Assembly: GCA_039630545.1 (NCBI GenBank)
Contig: JBCNUU010000007.1
Location: 1-64,000 of the forward strand
Direction: 5' to 3'
DNA: 64,000 bases
From: Endomicrobiia bacterium
GTDB taxonomy: Bacteria > Elusimicrobiota > Endomicrobiia > DTEH01
The translations under genes and the position numbers were made by a program. The notes below the pieces were generated by a model that saw only the letters and a list, made by a program, of their open reading frames with translations, ran no database searches and was not told the origin of the DNA. Positions 46,701 to 57,144 of the stretch are shown here, piece after piece; the first letter of the stretch is position 1; the number at the start of each line of letters is the position of its first letter.

Positions 46701-46773
46701 TGGAGCCGACCGGACTTGAACCGGCAACCTTCTCCACGCCAAGGAGACGCTCTCCCAATTGAGCTACGGCCCC
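46701..46773 (-). tRNA. tRNA-Ala(GGC)
   Basis: GGGGCCGTAGCTCAATTGGGAGAGCGTCTCCTTGGCGTGGAGAAGGTTGCCGGTTCAAGTCCGGTCGGCTCCA; G3:U70 pair, anticodon GGC, CCA not encoded. Confidence 0.96.
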
Positions 46774-46880
46774 TCTTTTTAGAATTATATTAAAATGTTT
46801 TTTTTAAAAATTCAATAATCTATAAAAAATTTTCCTTTAAGAGTTGAAAGTGTGAATTAAAATATGATAAAAAATAATAT

Positions 46881-48449
46881 ATGAATCCTGAAAGAACTTT
46901 GCTCTTTTTATTTTGTGTTCTTTTCTTTTCAAATGTTTTATTCCATTTTGTTAAAAGTCTTCCCTTGTATATATTTCTAAATATTGTGTTTTTGGTCGGG
47001 GTTTTTTTTATATACAAATTTTCTAGAAGTTTTGAGTTCTACAAAAAAATCTATTCGGTAATTATTAGATTGCTTAACTATAGAGATATGAAATCTCTTT
47101 TTGAATTTTCTGTTCATCAAATTTCTGAGTTGTTAGATGCTGAAAGAACTACTATATTTCTATTAAATAAAACTACTAATTCTCTATGGACTCTTGTTGC
47201 AGAAGAGCTTGAATTAAAAGAGTTCTCTTTACCTGTGGGTGTAGGAATTGCAGGGTATGTAGCTTCTACGGGAGAAATAGTGAATATTAAGGAAGATGCC
47301 TACAATGATAAAAGATTTTCTCCAATAGTAGATCAGAAAACAGGTTTTAGAACGAAAACAATTCTTTGCGCACCAATTAAAGATAGGGAAGGTAACATTA
47401 TAGGGGTTATAGAAGTACTAAACAAAAAAAACAAAAGAGGTTTTTCTAAAAACGACGAAGAAATTCTTAAAGTTTTTTGTGGAGAAATAGCAAATATTAT
47501 CGTTAATATTCGACTTTATGAAGAGGTTCAGGTTTTGTTTGAAAGTTTATTAAGAAGTTTTGCTGCTGCTGTAGATGCCAAAGACCCGGTTACCAGAGGA
47601 CATTCTATGAGAGTAAAAAAGTATGCTGTAAACATTGGAAAAGCACTTGGATTGTCTCCGTTAGAGATAAAAATTTTAGAGTATGCAAGTATGCTTCATG
47701 ACATAGGAAAAATAGGAATTCCTGATAGTATTTTACTTAAACCAGATAAGTTTACACCCCAGGAATACGAAATAATGAAAACACATGTTGAAATTGCAAG
47801 GGATATTCTTTCTAAACTTCATCTTCCAGAAGAATACCAGGATGTTATATTTGTAGCTACTACACACCATGAATTTCTTAATGGAAGTGGTTATCCTAAT
47901 GGACTAAAAGGAGAGCAGATTCCTTTGCTTTCAAGAATTTTATGTGTTGCAGATATTTATGATGCTTTAGTAAGCTACGACAGGCCTTATAAGCCTGCTC
48001 GTTCAGTTGAAGAAGCAATAAATATTCTTTATGAAATGGCATCCGAAGGTAAAATAGACAAAAAAATAGTAGATATTTTTGTAACAAAAAAATTATACCA
48101 TACCGAGCAAAGAAAATTTGTCAGGATCAATAAAGAAGTTTCATTTTGGTGGAGAAAACTTACAGCAGAAGATTTAAAATCAGTTTTACCCATAATTTCA
48201 AAAACACAGAATATCTCATTAGATGGTCTTAGCTTCTTCTGTGAAGAAGAAATAAAAGAAGGAAGTTTTTTGGAAATAGAGTTAAATTTGCCTGAATATA
48301 CCATTGAGGTATTAGCAAAGGTTGTGTATTGTTTAAAAGAAAAAGAAAATTACAAAATAGGTATAACTTTTATTAACTTACCAAAAGAAGCTAAACAAAA
48401 ACTTAAGAAGTTTTTAGAAGAACCTGTTGATGAAATTTCACAAAATTAA
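46881..48449 (+). CDS. Membrane-anchored GAF + HD-GYP + PilZ protein (c-di-GMP phosphodiesterase)
   Basis: 2 TM; GAF (GIAGYV...NKK...FS..D); LHDIGKIG, HHE..NGSGYP, DRPYK; PilZ RKFVR and NISLDG. Confidence 0.92.
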   Translation: MNPERTLLFLFCVLFFSNVLFHFVKSLPLYIFLNIVFLVGVFFIYKFSRSFEFYKKIYSVIIRLLNYRDMKSLFEFSVHQISELLDAERTTIFLLNKTTNSLWTLVAEELELKEFSLPVGVGIAGYVASTGEIVNIKEDAYNDKRFSPIVDQKTGFRTKTILCAPIKDREGNIIGVIEVLNKKNKRGFSKNDEEILKVFCGEIANIIVNIRLYEEVQVLFESLLRSFAAAVDAKDPVTRGHSMRVKKYAVNIGKALGLSPLEIKILEYASMLHDIGKIGIPDSILLKPDKFTPQEYEIMKTHVEIARDILSKLHLPEEYQDVIFVATTHHEFLNGSGYPNGLKGEQIPLLSRILCVADIYDALVSYDRPYKPARSVEEAINILYEMASEGKIDKKIVDIFVTKKLYHTEQRKFVRINKEVSFWWRKLTAEDLKSVLPIISKTQNISLDGLSFFCEEEIKEGSFLEIELNLPEYTIEVLAKVVYCLKEKENYKIGITFINLPKEAKQKLKKFLEEPVDEISQN

Positions 48450-48463
48450 AAATCTTTTCTTTT

Positions 48464-49399
48464 ATGACTAAATGTTTATTGCTTTTTTCCGGTGGACTCG
48501 ACAGTACAGTGGCGTTTTACATTCTAAAAGAGCAAGGTTGTGAGGTTATTCCTTTCAAGATAACAACTCCATTTTTATCCTCTAACCACTTAAAAAATGT
48601 TCCTTTTGAAATTACACAAAAAATAGTCTACTACGAAGCAAAACAGGATTATATAGAGTTGGTTTTGCATCCGGAGTATGGATATGGAAGAGGTCTTAAT
48701 CCCTGTATTGACTGCAAGATATATATGCTTAAAAAAGCAAAGGAATATTTGCAGCAAAATTCATTAGATATTATTGCCACAGGAGAAGTTGTGGGTCAAC
48801 GTCCTTTTAGTCAACAAAAATATCAATTAAAACTTATAGAAAAAAAAACAAATTTGGAAGACAAAATACTAAGACCTTTATGTGCTAAACTTTTACCACC
48901 AACAATATATGAAAAAAATGGAATTATTGATAGAGAAAAACTTCTTTCTATTTCAGGAAGATCAAGAAAAATTCAAATAGAATTAGCTAAGAAATATGGA
49001 ATACATAACCCTTTTTCTGCAGGTGGTTGTCTTCTGACAGATAAAAATTTTGTAGATAGATTTAAAACTTTACTTGAAAAGTTTAAAAATTGGGACATTC
49101 AGGATATAGAGCTTCTTAAAATAGGAAGGCACTTTTATTATAAAGACACAAAAGTAATTCTTGGAAGAGACAAAAATGAAAACGAAACCTTGATATCTTA
49201 TTCAAAAAATAAAGAGAAGTTTTTTATCATAGAACCTCCTTTTATAGGACCCGTTGCACTTTGTTATGTTTCAAGAAGTATAGATAAAAAAGAAATATAT
49301 GAGTATGCTATACAGCTAATTAAAAATTACTCTAAAAAAAATCAATCAAGTATTAATGAATCGAGTTCAAATAATGGTCCATCTTTGCATACTGTTTGA
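48464..49399 (+). CDS. PP-loop tRNA thiolation-type enzyme (ThiI/MnmA-like, no THUMP domain)
   Basis: SGGLDS, PCIDCK, TGEVVGQRPFSQ, AGGCLLTD. Confidence 0.82.
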   Translation: MTKCLLLFSGGLDSTVAFYILKEQGCEVIPFKITTPFLSSNHLKNVPFEITQKIVYYEAKQDYIELVLHPEYGYGRGLNPCIDCKIYMLKKAKEYLQQNSLDIIATGEVVGQRPFSQQKYQLKLIEKKTNLEDKILRPLCAKLLPPTIYEKNGIIDREKLLSISGRSRKIQIELAKKYGIHNPFSAGGCLLTDKNFVDRFKTLLEKFKNWDIQDIELLKIGRHFYYKDTKVILGRDKNENETLISYSKNKEKFFIIEPPFIGPVALCYVSRSIDKKEIYEYAIQLIKNYSKKNQSSINESSSNNGPSLHTV

Positions 49400-50115
49400 T
49401 ATTTAAATTCTGTAGAATCATATTTTACCTTTACCACACAACTTCTACATACACCAACACCACAACACATGTATTCTTCTAATAAAACGAAACATTTAAT
49501 ATCGGGATTTTTTAAAAAAATTTGTGATAGTTTTATCATTTCTTTAGGACCACATATAAAAATAAAATCTGGCTTAATTTCAGATAGTTTGCTTTTAGCA
49601 AGATCTAACACTGTTCCTTTAAATCCGTAAGTTCCATTGTCAGTACAATAATTTAAATTTCTTATTTTAAATTTTTTTAAATTTATAATATAGCTTCTAT
49701 CTTTTTCTCCATAAAAAGTAAAAACATCTTCTGTAAAATTAGTAAGATATTTGTAAAAAAAAATTAAACAAGCGATTCCACTTCCTCCACCTATTAGAAA
49801 TATTTTATTGTTTTTTTGTATTTTAAGGTTTCTAATTTTTTTAAAATTACCAAAAGGTCCTATATAACTTAAAAAACTTTTTGGTTTCAAAGTAGAAAGC
49901 CATTTTGTTCCGTCAGAGATGACTCTGTAGATTATAGTTATTTTGTTATTTTCAAAATTTGCTATACTGAATGGTTTAAGTAGAAATTTATTAGGAAAAG
50001 TATCAATCATTATAAATTGAGAAGGAAAAACTTTTCTTGAATATTTTAACTCTAAAAGATAGGTGTCTTTAGAAATTTTTTCATTCTTTAATATCTCAGA
50101 TTTTTTTATTCTCAT
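49342..50115 (-). CDS. pyrK: Dihydroorotate dehydrogenase electron transfer subunit
   Basis: KPFSI, GPFGN, GGGSGIA, CGP, MCCGVGVCRSC, VCKDGP; start ATG 50115. Confidence 0.9.
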   Translation of the reverse strand: MRIKKSEILKNEKISKDTYLLELKYSRKVFPSQFIMIDTFPNKFLLKPFSIANFENNKITIIYRVISDGTKWLSTLKPKSFLSYIGPFGNFKKIRNLKIQKNNKIFLIGGGSGIACLIFFYKYLTNFTEDVFTFYGEKDRSYIINLKKFKIRNLNYCTDNGTYGFKGTVLDLAKSKLSEIKPDFIFICGPKEMIKLSQIFLKNPDIKCFVLLEEYMCCGVGVCRSCVVKVKYDSTEFKYQTVCKDGPLFELDSLILD

Positions 50116-51412
50116 AAAATGGATATTCTTTGGAACTGTCAAATACAACTTCTCCATTACATATAGTATATTTGATTTTACCTTTTAATATCCAGTTTTT
50201 AAATGGTGAATTTAAACTTTTTGAATAGAATTTTTCTATTTTGTTTTCTTCTTTTATAGAAAATATAGTAATATCTGCATCGTATCCTACTTCAAGTTTA
50301 CCTTTGTTTTTAAGACCAAAAATTTTTGCTGGATTATTTGTGATTTTTTCTAATATAGTTTTTAATGGAATTTTATGTTTATAATGTAAAAATGTAATAC
50401 ACAGAGGAAAAAGAGTCTCAAGTCCTATTATTCCAAAAGGTGCTAAGTCAAATTCTTTGCTTTTTTCTTCTTTTGTGTGGGGTGCATGGTCTGAAGCGAT
50501 ACAGTCTATGATCCCTTCTTTTATTGCTTCTATTAGAGCAATTCTGTCTTCCTCAGTTCTTAATGGTGGGTTTACTTTTAAGTTAGTATCATATGGGTAT
50601 TTAAGTAGCCAATCTTCTGTAAGAACTATATGATGAGGAGTTGTGTCGCATGTTATATTTTTATTTTTTTGTTTTGCTTGTTTTATAAACTCAATTGAAT
50701 TTTTTGAAGATATATGAGTTAAATGTAAAAGTCCACAAGATAAAGAAGCCAGTATTATATCTCTTATAACCATTATCTCCTCGGATTCCTTTGGTATTCC
50801 TCTTATCCCTAACAATGTAGAAACAACTCCTTCATTTATAACTCCACCTTTTGAGAGATTTTTATCCTCGCAGTGCTGAATAACAGGAAGAGAAAACATC
50901 TTTGAATACTCTAATGCTCTTCTTAATATTTTTGAGTTTTCTACAGGCTCTCCGTCATCTGAAATAGCTACAACTCCTGCTTTTTTAAGTTCACCTATTT
51001 CTGTAAGTTCTTCGCCTTTTCTTAATTTAGTAACACATCCTACAGGAAAAACATTTATAATACCTTCATTTTTGGCTTTAAGCATTACAAACTCTACAGC
51101 TGCCTGGTTATCGATTGGAGGATTTGTATTAGGCATGCAAAACACACTTGTAAAACCTCCGGCTGCAGCTGCTTTAGTTCCTGAGTTTATTGTCTCTTCT
51201 TCTTCGTTCCCCGGTTCTCTTAGGTGGGTATGAATATCTATAAAACCAGCTGAAACAAAAAGATCCTTAGCGTTTATCATCTTTACTGGTTGTTTGATAG
51301 ATATATTTTCAGCGATTTTTATAATTTTGCCATTTTCTACTAAGATGTCTAACTTTTTTTCTAAATTTCTTGAAGGTTCTATAACTGTACCATTTTTTAT
51401 AAGCAATTTCAT
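50096..51412 (-). CDS. pyrC: Dihydroorotase
   Basis: DIHTHLREPG, MPNTNP, KVNPPLR, SDHAPH. Confidence 0.96.
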   Translation of the reverse strand: MKLLIKNGTVIEPSRNLEKKLDILVENGKIIKIAENISIKQPVKMINAKDLFVSAGFIDIHTHLREPGNEEEETINSGTKAAAAGGFTSVFCMPNTNPPIDNQAAVEFVMLKAKNEGIINVFPVGCVTKLRKGEELTEIGELKKAGVVAISDDGEPVENSKILRRALEYSKMFSLPVIQHCEDKNLSKGGVINEGVVSTLLGIRGIPKESEEIMVIRDIILASLSCGLLHLTHISSKNSIEFIKQAKQKNKNITCDTTPHHIVLTEDWLLKYPYDTNLKVNPPLRTEEDRIALIEAIKEGIIDCIASDHAPHTKEEKSKEFDLAPFGIIGLETLFPLCITFLHYKHKIPLKTILEKITNNPAKIFGLKNKGKLEVGYDADITIFSIKEENKIEKFYSKSLNSPFKNWILKGKIKYTICNGEVVFDSSKEYPFYENKKI

Positions 51413-51424
51413 AGTTTTGTATTA

Positions 51425-52363
51425 TTAAGAGTTTAAAGAAAGTAAATATAAGACAGCCATTCTAACAGCTACTCCGTTTGTAACTTGCTGATTAATTACT
51501 GAGTTCAAACTGTCAGCTACATCGGTTGTTATCTCTATACCTCTATTCATAGGTCCTGGATGTAAAATTAAAACATCGTTTCTAGCTATTTTTAATCTTT
51601 CTTTATTCATTCCATAAAGTAAACTATACTCTCTTACTGAAGGAAAAAGGTGTTCAAGTTGTCTTTCAAATTGAACTCTTAGTATATTTATTACATCTGC
51701 ATTTTTTATTGCTTTGTCTAAGTTGTATTCTATTTCTACTTCTGGGAAAATTTTATCTATTCCATAAGGAATAAGAGTAGGAGGTCCACACAAAACAACT
51801 TTTGCTCCTAATTTTGTAAGCCCCCATAAGTTTGACCTTGCTACTCTGCTGTGAAGGATATCTCCAAGAATTACAACCTTCAGATCTTTTATTCTGCCTT
51901 TTTTTTCTTTTATTGTAAAAATATCAAGTAATCCCTGAGTTGGATGTTCATGAAAGCCATCACCAGCGTTTATTATTGAAGAAGAAACATTCTGGGAAAG
52001 GATATGAGGAGCACCTGCATGAGAATGTCTTATTACTATAAAATCAGCTTTCATTGCTTCTAATGTTTTTGCTGTATCTATTAATGATTCTCCTTTTTGT
52101 ACACTTGAGGTTTGCACACTTATGTTTACTGTGTCAGCTGAAAGTCTTTTGGCTGCAAGTTCAAATGAAGTTCTGGTTCGTGTAGATGGTTCATAAAAAA
52201 GTAAAACTACACTTCTTCCTCTTAATGTTGGAACTTTTTTTATAGAACGTGTAAATAGATTTTTAAATGGTTTTGCGGTGTCAAGTATAATTTCAATATC
52301 TTCCTTAGAGAGATATTGAAGCCCTAATAGATGTTTATGCTTAAATTTTTTCTCTTTTAACAT
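51425..52363 (-). CDS. pyrB: Aspartate carbamoyltransferase catalytic subunit
   Basis: [37 protein letters not shown]. Confidence 0.97.
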   Translation of the reverse strand: MLKEKKFKHKHLLGLQYLSKEDIEIILDTAKPFKNLFTRSIKKVPTLRGRSVVLLFYEPSTRTRTSFELAAKRLSADTVNISVQTSSVQKGESLIDTAKTLEAMKADFIVIRHSHAGAPHILSQNVSSSIINAGDGFHEHPTQGLLDIFTIKEKKGRIKDLKVVILGDILHSRVARSNLWGLTKLGAKVVLCGPPTLIPYGIDKIFPEVEIEYNLDKAIKNADVINILRVQFERQLEHLFPSVREYSLLYGMNKERLKIARNDVLILHPGPMNRGIEITTDVADSLNSVINQQVTNGVAVRMAVLYLLSLNS

Positions 52364-52367
52364 AAAT

Positions 52368-52901
52368 TCATTTTGAATAAATTATAACTTTGTCTTCTTG
52401 AGATGTTTCCTCTTGAAGTAAAAGTTCAATTTGTTGATTTGGTTTAGTTTTTACTTTCTTTCCAACAAATTCCGCATAAATAGGTAGCTCTCTATTTCCT
52501 CTATCAATTAATACTGCTACAGATAGGCTTTTTGGTCTTCCTATTTCTAATATTTGTTCTATTGCAGCACGGATTGTTCTTCCTGTATATATAACATCAT
52601 CAACCAGTAGAATCTCTTTGTTGTTTACATCAAAAGTTATGTTTGTTTCTTTTGGGTTTTTAATGTTAGTTTTGTATCCAATGTCATCCCTATAAAAAGT
52701 TATATCTAGATAACCAAACGGAATTTTTTTGTTAGTTAATTTTTCTATTTTATTTAATATCCTTTTTGCAATAAAGACGCCATTTGTATGAATTCCAATA
52801 ATACCAAATTTATTTAAGTTTTTTTTGTATTTTTTTAAAATCTTTTTGGTTAGATTTGAAATTATTTTATCTATATCTTTTTTCTTCAATAAGATTTTCA
52901 T
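52368..52901 (-). CDS. pyrR: PyrR regulator / uracil phosphoribosyltransferase
   Basis: [33 protein letters not shown]. Confidence 0.94.
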   Translation of the reverse strand: MKILLKKKDIDKIISNLTKKILKKYKKNLNKFGIIGIHTNGVFIAKRILNKIEKLTNKKIPFGYLDITFYRDDIGYKTNIKNPKETNITFDVNNKEILLVDDVIYTGRTIRAAIEQILEIGRPKSLSVAVLIDRGNRELPIYAEFVGKKVKTKPNQQIELLLQEETSQEDKVIIYSK

Positions 52902-52911
52902 AAATTCCGCG

Positions 52912-53553
52912 TTAATATCCTAAAGATTGATTTAATAGAATAATTTCGTAGTCGGTATAACTGGGTCGTTTATAAAGGATAACCAGAGCATTACATATTC
53001 TTGTTTCTGAATTGCAGTTCTGACATTTGTTGGTAGTAATGCATGGATTTTGTTTTTTTAATCTTATATTATTAATTACAGCCGCAATGTTTCTTGTTCT
53101 CCATATAGCGGTTTCTAAATCTTTTGTGATTTTATTATATCCACATATTAATATAACTTTTTTAGGTCCGAAAATACAACAAGAAGCTCTGTTTCCATAA
53201 GCGTCTAAAAAAACTAATTCACCATTTAGTGTAACAGCTTGAGGAGATGCTAGATAAAAATCAGCATGTTGTGCTTTTTGCCATATTTGTATTCTTGTTT
53301 GCGGATCCATTTCTGGAGTGTGAGTTATGATTTGATTATTTTTTTCTTTTAATTCTTCAATAATTCCTAAGGTCTTTATAGTTTGACTTCCTCCAACGCC
53401 GATTGTTTTATTTGTACCAATTGTTTTTAAGAGATATTGTTTAGCAGTTTCTATATCTTCAAAAACTTCACTTTTAAATCCGTTCTTGGTCAGATTTTTT
53501 TTAACTTCTTCTAAATTTTTCAAGTTAAATATTTTTATATTTTCTTCTTGCAT
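52912..53553 (-). CDS. LUD-domain (lactate utilization) protein
   Basis: GGSQT, DAYGNR, GPKKV, GYNK, PC...CQNC...RIC. Confidence 0.85.
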   Translation of the reverse strand: MQEENIKIFNLKNLEEVKKNLTKNGFKSEVFEDIETAKQYLLKTIGTNKTIGVGGSQTIKTLGIIEELKEKNNQIITHTPEMDPQTRIQIWQKAQHADFYLASPQAVTLNGELVFLDAYGNRASCCIFGPKKVILICGYNKITKDLETAIWRTRNIAAVINNIRLKKQNPCITTNKCQNCNSETRICNALVILYKRPSYTDYEIILLNQSLGY

Positions 53554-54664
53554 ATTTTTTAATATATAAGATATTTTTTATTTCTGTTTCAATATTTGTT
53601 TTTGGTTTAGGAATAAATTCATAATTTTGCCTCATCACAGAAAGAGTTTCTTTTTTTTCTATAAGCTGAAAAATTGTATTTTGTAGTTTTCTTTTCCAAT
53701 CATTTTTTTGATAAATTACTTTTGCGCATTGATATTTCTTAAGCAACTGAGCATTCCAGTGTTGATGGAGTTCTGCAGCTGTAGGTAAAGGGATAAGAAT
53801 AGCAGGTTTTCTAAAGAAAATAAGTTCACTAACAGTCATAGCTCCTGCACGACTTATTACTAGGTCAGCTATTGTATAAAGTTCTTCCATATTTTCATAA
53901 TATTCAAACACATTGATTGATATTGAGTCTATTTTTTGATACTCATGTTTTATTGCTTCAATGTCATAAAAACCGGTGATGTGTACTATTTGTATATCTT
54001 TAAACTTTTCTTTATTGTTTTTAATTATTTCTAAAAATGCATAGTTTATAGCCTTTGCACCCTGTGAACCCCCAAACACTAAAATAGTAAAATTGTCTTT
54101 TTTAAATTTTAACTTTTCATAAATTTTTTCTTTATCTAAATTTTGCAGAAACCTTTTTCTTAAAGGATTTCCTGTGAATATGAATTTAGAGCTTCTTTTT
54201 TTAATTTCAAGACCAATATATACTTTGTTAGCTATAAAAGATAAAAGTTTATTACTTAAACTTAAAACGCTATTTTGTTCATGCAATATTATATATGTTA
54301 GTGGGGCAAAAATTTTTGTTAAAATTACTACAGGAAAAGAAGTATATCCGCCAGTAGAAAATAGAATTTTTGGTTTATATTTAAATATTATATTTAAAAT
54401 TTTTCCAGATGAGAACAAAAAAAATATGAGGATTTTAACTAAAGATAATGGATTTTTTCTTATGAATTTTGCAGTAAGTATATATTCGAATTCTAACTTT
54501 TCTGAAAAATTTAGTTCCTTTTTAATTATTTCTACAAACTTTAGATTTTTAGATTTTTGCGATATAAAAATGATTTTATCTACAAAATTTTTTGCTTGTT
54601 TGGCTACTTCAATTGCAGGATAGAAATGCCCACCTGTAAGAGAAGTTACTATTATTATATTCAT
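53525..54664 (-). CDS. murG: Lipid II GlcNAc transferase MurG
   Basis: TGGHFYPA, HEQN, TGNPLR, GGSQGA, SRAGA, HQ..NA. Confidence 0.94.
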   Translation of the reverse strand: MNIIIVTSLTGGHFYPAIEVAKQAKNFVDKIIFISQKSKNLKFVEIIKKELNFSEKLEFEYILTAKFIRKNPLSLVKILIFFLFSSGKILNIIFKYKPKILFSTGGYTSFPVVILTKIFAPLTYIILHEQNSVLSLSNKLLSFIANKVYIGLEIKKRSSKFIFTGNPLRKRFLQNLDKEKIYEKLKFKKDNFTILVFGGSQGAKAINYAFLEIIKNNKEKFKDIQIVHITGFYDIEAIKHEYQKIDSISINVFEYYENMEELYTIADLVISRAGAMTVSELIFFRKPAILIPLPTAAELHQHWNAQLLKKYQCAKVIYQKNDWKRKLQNTIFQLIEKKETLSVMRQNYEFIPKPKTNIETEIKNILYIKKYARRKYKNI

Positions 54665-55776
54665 TTCTCAGTGTTAGAAATACTAATTAAAATACCAATG
54701 CTTAAAAAATTTGTTATAATAGATGACCCTCCATAAGATAAAAATGGAAGACCAATTCCTTTAGGAAAAAATAATTTTGTAGTTACTGCTATACTTAGAT
54801 ATGCTTGAATAATTATTGTTAAAGTGACACCTAAAGCTATTACACTTCCATAAAATCCTCTATGTGAATTATAAAGACTATAAAATAAAGAAAAACCTAA
54901 AAAAGCAAAAATTCCATATAACAAGACAACTAAGAAAGTTCCTAAAAAACCTAATTCTTCGCCAATCAAACTAAACATAAAATCCGTATGAAGTTCTGGG
55001 ATATAAAATTCTTTAAAGATTCCTTTTGTAAGACCGCATCCATAAAAACCACCCCTGGCTAATCCTAAAATTGATTGGTTAATTTGATATGCTTCATTTT
55101 TTTGGTACTTGTGGGTGTTGGCATTCATAGAAAATACCCTTTTTACTCTATAAGGTTTTGAAAAAAAAGCTAATGTGAGAGCAAGTATGATTAATAAAGA
55201 AACCTTGAAAATATGTGTCAATTTAACAGAATAAATAAATAATGTAATTAAAAAAACACTAAAAATTATTAAAGGGAATCCAAGATCAGGCTGGATAATA
55301 ATTAGTCCACATATAACCGATATTAAAAAAAACAAAATCCAAAATTCTTTTTTGCCACTTATTATTTTACTTCTATATAAATCCAAAAATTTAGCAGTAA
55401 TTAGTACAGAAACCAATTTAGCAAGCTCTGAAGGTTGAAAGCTACCTAAAAATGGTAAAACAATCCATCTATTAGCATAATTTGCTTTTTTAAAAAAAAA
55501 TACAGATATAAGAAGAATAACTGTAATTATAAATAAAAAGGAAGTTATCTTTTTAAAAAATTGGGATGTTAAATGACTTGTTAAAATACATATGATTAGT
55601 CCTATAAATATTGCTATAATTTGCTTTTTTAAAAAAATATAATTGGGGTACGATTTGCAAACTGTAGCAGAATAAATCATGATACATCCAAATACTGAAA
55701 GAAATAAAGACAAAAAGAATAAAGAATTACTAAAAAGTTTTGGTTTTGAATGAGGGTTTGTATATAATTTCATCAT
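54661..55776 (-). CDS. ftsW: SEDS protein FtsW
   Basis: FQPSELAK, QPDLG, PELHTDF, LPFLSYGGSS; dcw position. Confidence 0.93.
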   Translation of the reverse strand: MMKLYTNPHSKPKLFSNSLFFLSLFLSVFGCIMIYSATVCKSYPNYIFLKKQIIAIFIGLIICILTSHLTSQFFKKITSFLFIITVILLISVFFFKKANYANRWIVLPFLGSFQPSELAKLVSVLITAKFLDLYRSKIISGKKEFWILFFLISVICGLIIIQPDLGFPLIIFSVFLITLFIYSVKLTHIFKVSLLIILALTLAFFSKPYRVKRVFSMNANTHKYQKNEAYQINQSILGLARGGFYGCGLTKGIFKEFYIPELHTDFMFSLIGEELGFLGTFLVVLLYGIFAFLGFSLFYSLYNSHRGFYGSVIALGVTLTIIIQAYLSIAVTTKLFFPKGIGLPFLSYGGSSIITNFLSIGILISISNTEK

Positions 55777-57137
55777 AAAGTGTTTACAATTTCTTTAAAA
55801 ATTTTGCCACGATGCTCAAAATTTTTAAACTGATCGAAAGAACTACACGCCGGAGAAAGTAAAACAACATCTCCACTTTTAGAAATTTCTTTTGCTTTTA
55901 TGACGGCATTTTTTAAAGTTTCACAGCGAAATATTTTTGAATTAGTATCTTTTAGTTGATTATATATAGTTTCTGTAGCTTCTCCAATAAGCAAAATGCT
56001 TTTTACTTTCTGGTTTATCAAAGGTATAAGAGGAGTATAAGGAGAACCTTTATCTCTTCCTCCTAAAATTAGATGTATAGGCTGTTCTATACTTTTTAAT
56101 GCCACAAGTGTTGAATCTACATTTGTAGATTTTGAATCATTGATATAGACTACCCCATCTATAATTCTGACTATTTCCAATCTATGTTCAACTCCTTCAA
56201 ATTCAGATACAGCTTTTTCAATAATTTCTTTAGGTATTCCTGCCAAATAAGCACACAGTACAGATGCTAAAATGTTTTCGTAATTATGTAGACCTAAAAG
56301 TTTTGTACGAACTTTTATTTCTTCATAATTTTTGTTAAACTTTATTATAGCAGTTGTTTTATCTTTAGAAAGCCAGCAGCCATTAAAATTTTCTTTAGTA
56401 GCACTGAAATATAAAATTGAGGAGTTAATAGAGTGTTTTGTTAACCCAAGTTTTATGTTTTCATCTTCATATTTTAAAACAGCAAACTCATCTTTTTTTT
56501 GATTTTTGAAAATATTAAATTTAGCAGAAATATAACTCTCCATAGTCAAATGATGTTCAAGATGATCTTCTGTAATATTTAGTATACAACCAATGTGAGG
56601 CTTAAACTCTCTAATATCTTCAAGTTGATAACTGGAAACTTCTAAAACGAGTAGTGTATCTTTTGTAATTTCGTCTATAAATTTTATTAGAGGGATACCT
56701 ATGTTACCTGCGACTATTGTTTTTTTAAATGAGGAAAAAATTTTTCCTGTTAAAGTTGTTGTGGTGGTTTTTCCATTTGTTCCAGTAATAGCTACTATAA
56801 AAGGAGAAGTTTTAAGTTTATCTATAAGTATTTTATAAGATATTTCTAACTCTGTAAATACAGGAATTTTTTTTTCTACAATTTTTTTAAGCAGAGGATG
56901 ATTATAAGATATGCCTGGAGATCTTATTATTATGTCGCTTTCTAAAATTTTTTCAGAATGTCCACCAAATTCACATATGATTGAGGGATGTAGTAAATTT
57001 AAATTTTCTATTTTTTCTTTTGGTTGTTGCTCTGTAATAAAGATTTTATCTGTAAAATTTAACAGATAGTTAGCTAAATAGAGATTACTTATACCTAAAC
57101 CAATAATGCCTATTTTTTTATTTTTTAACATTTCCAT
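55773..57137 (-). CDS. murD: UDP-MurNAc-L-Ala--D-Glu ligase
   Basis: SPGI, TGTNGKTTT, EVSSYQL, NDSKSTN, SPACSSFDQF. Confidence 0.96.
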   Translation of the reverse strand: MEMLKNKKIGIIGLGISNLYLANYLLNFTDKIFITEQQPKEKIENLNLLHPSIICEFGGHSEKILESDIIIRSPGISYNHPLLKKIVEKKIPVFTELEISYKILIDKLKTSPFIVAITGTNGKTTTTTLTGKIFSSFKKTIVAGNIGIPLIKFIDEITKDTLLVLEVSSYQLEDIREFKPHIGCILNITEDHLEHHLTMESYISAKFNIFKNQKKDEFAVLKYEDENIKLGLTKHSINSSILYFSATKENFNGCWLSKDKTTAIIKFNKNYEEIKVRTKLLGLHNYENILASVLCAYLAGIPKEIIEKAVSEFEGVEHRLEIVRIIDGVVYINDSKSTNVDSTLVALKSIEQPIHLILGGRDKGSPYTPLIPLINQKVKSILLIGEATETIYNQLKDTNSKIFRCETLKNAVIKAKEISKSGDVVLLSPACSSFDQFKNFEHRGKIFKEIVNTL

Positions 57138-57144
57138 AATAAAA

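Noticed and set aside
46564..46758. 64-aa minus-strand ORF
   Set aside because: It is a translation of the tRNA-Ala gene and its trailer.
44936..46773. Excisionase-like gene near a tRNA as an integrated element
   Set aside because: No integrase and no direct repeat of the tRNA 3' end seen; flanking genes are housekeeping.
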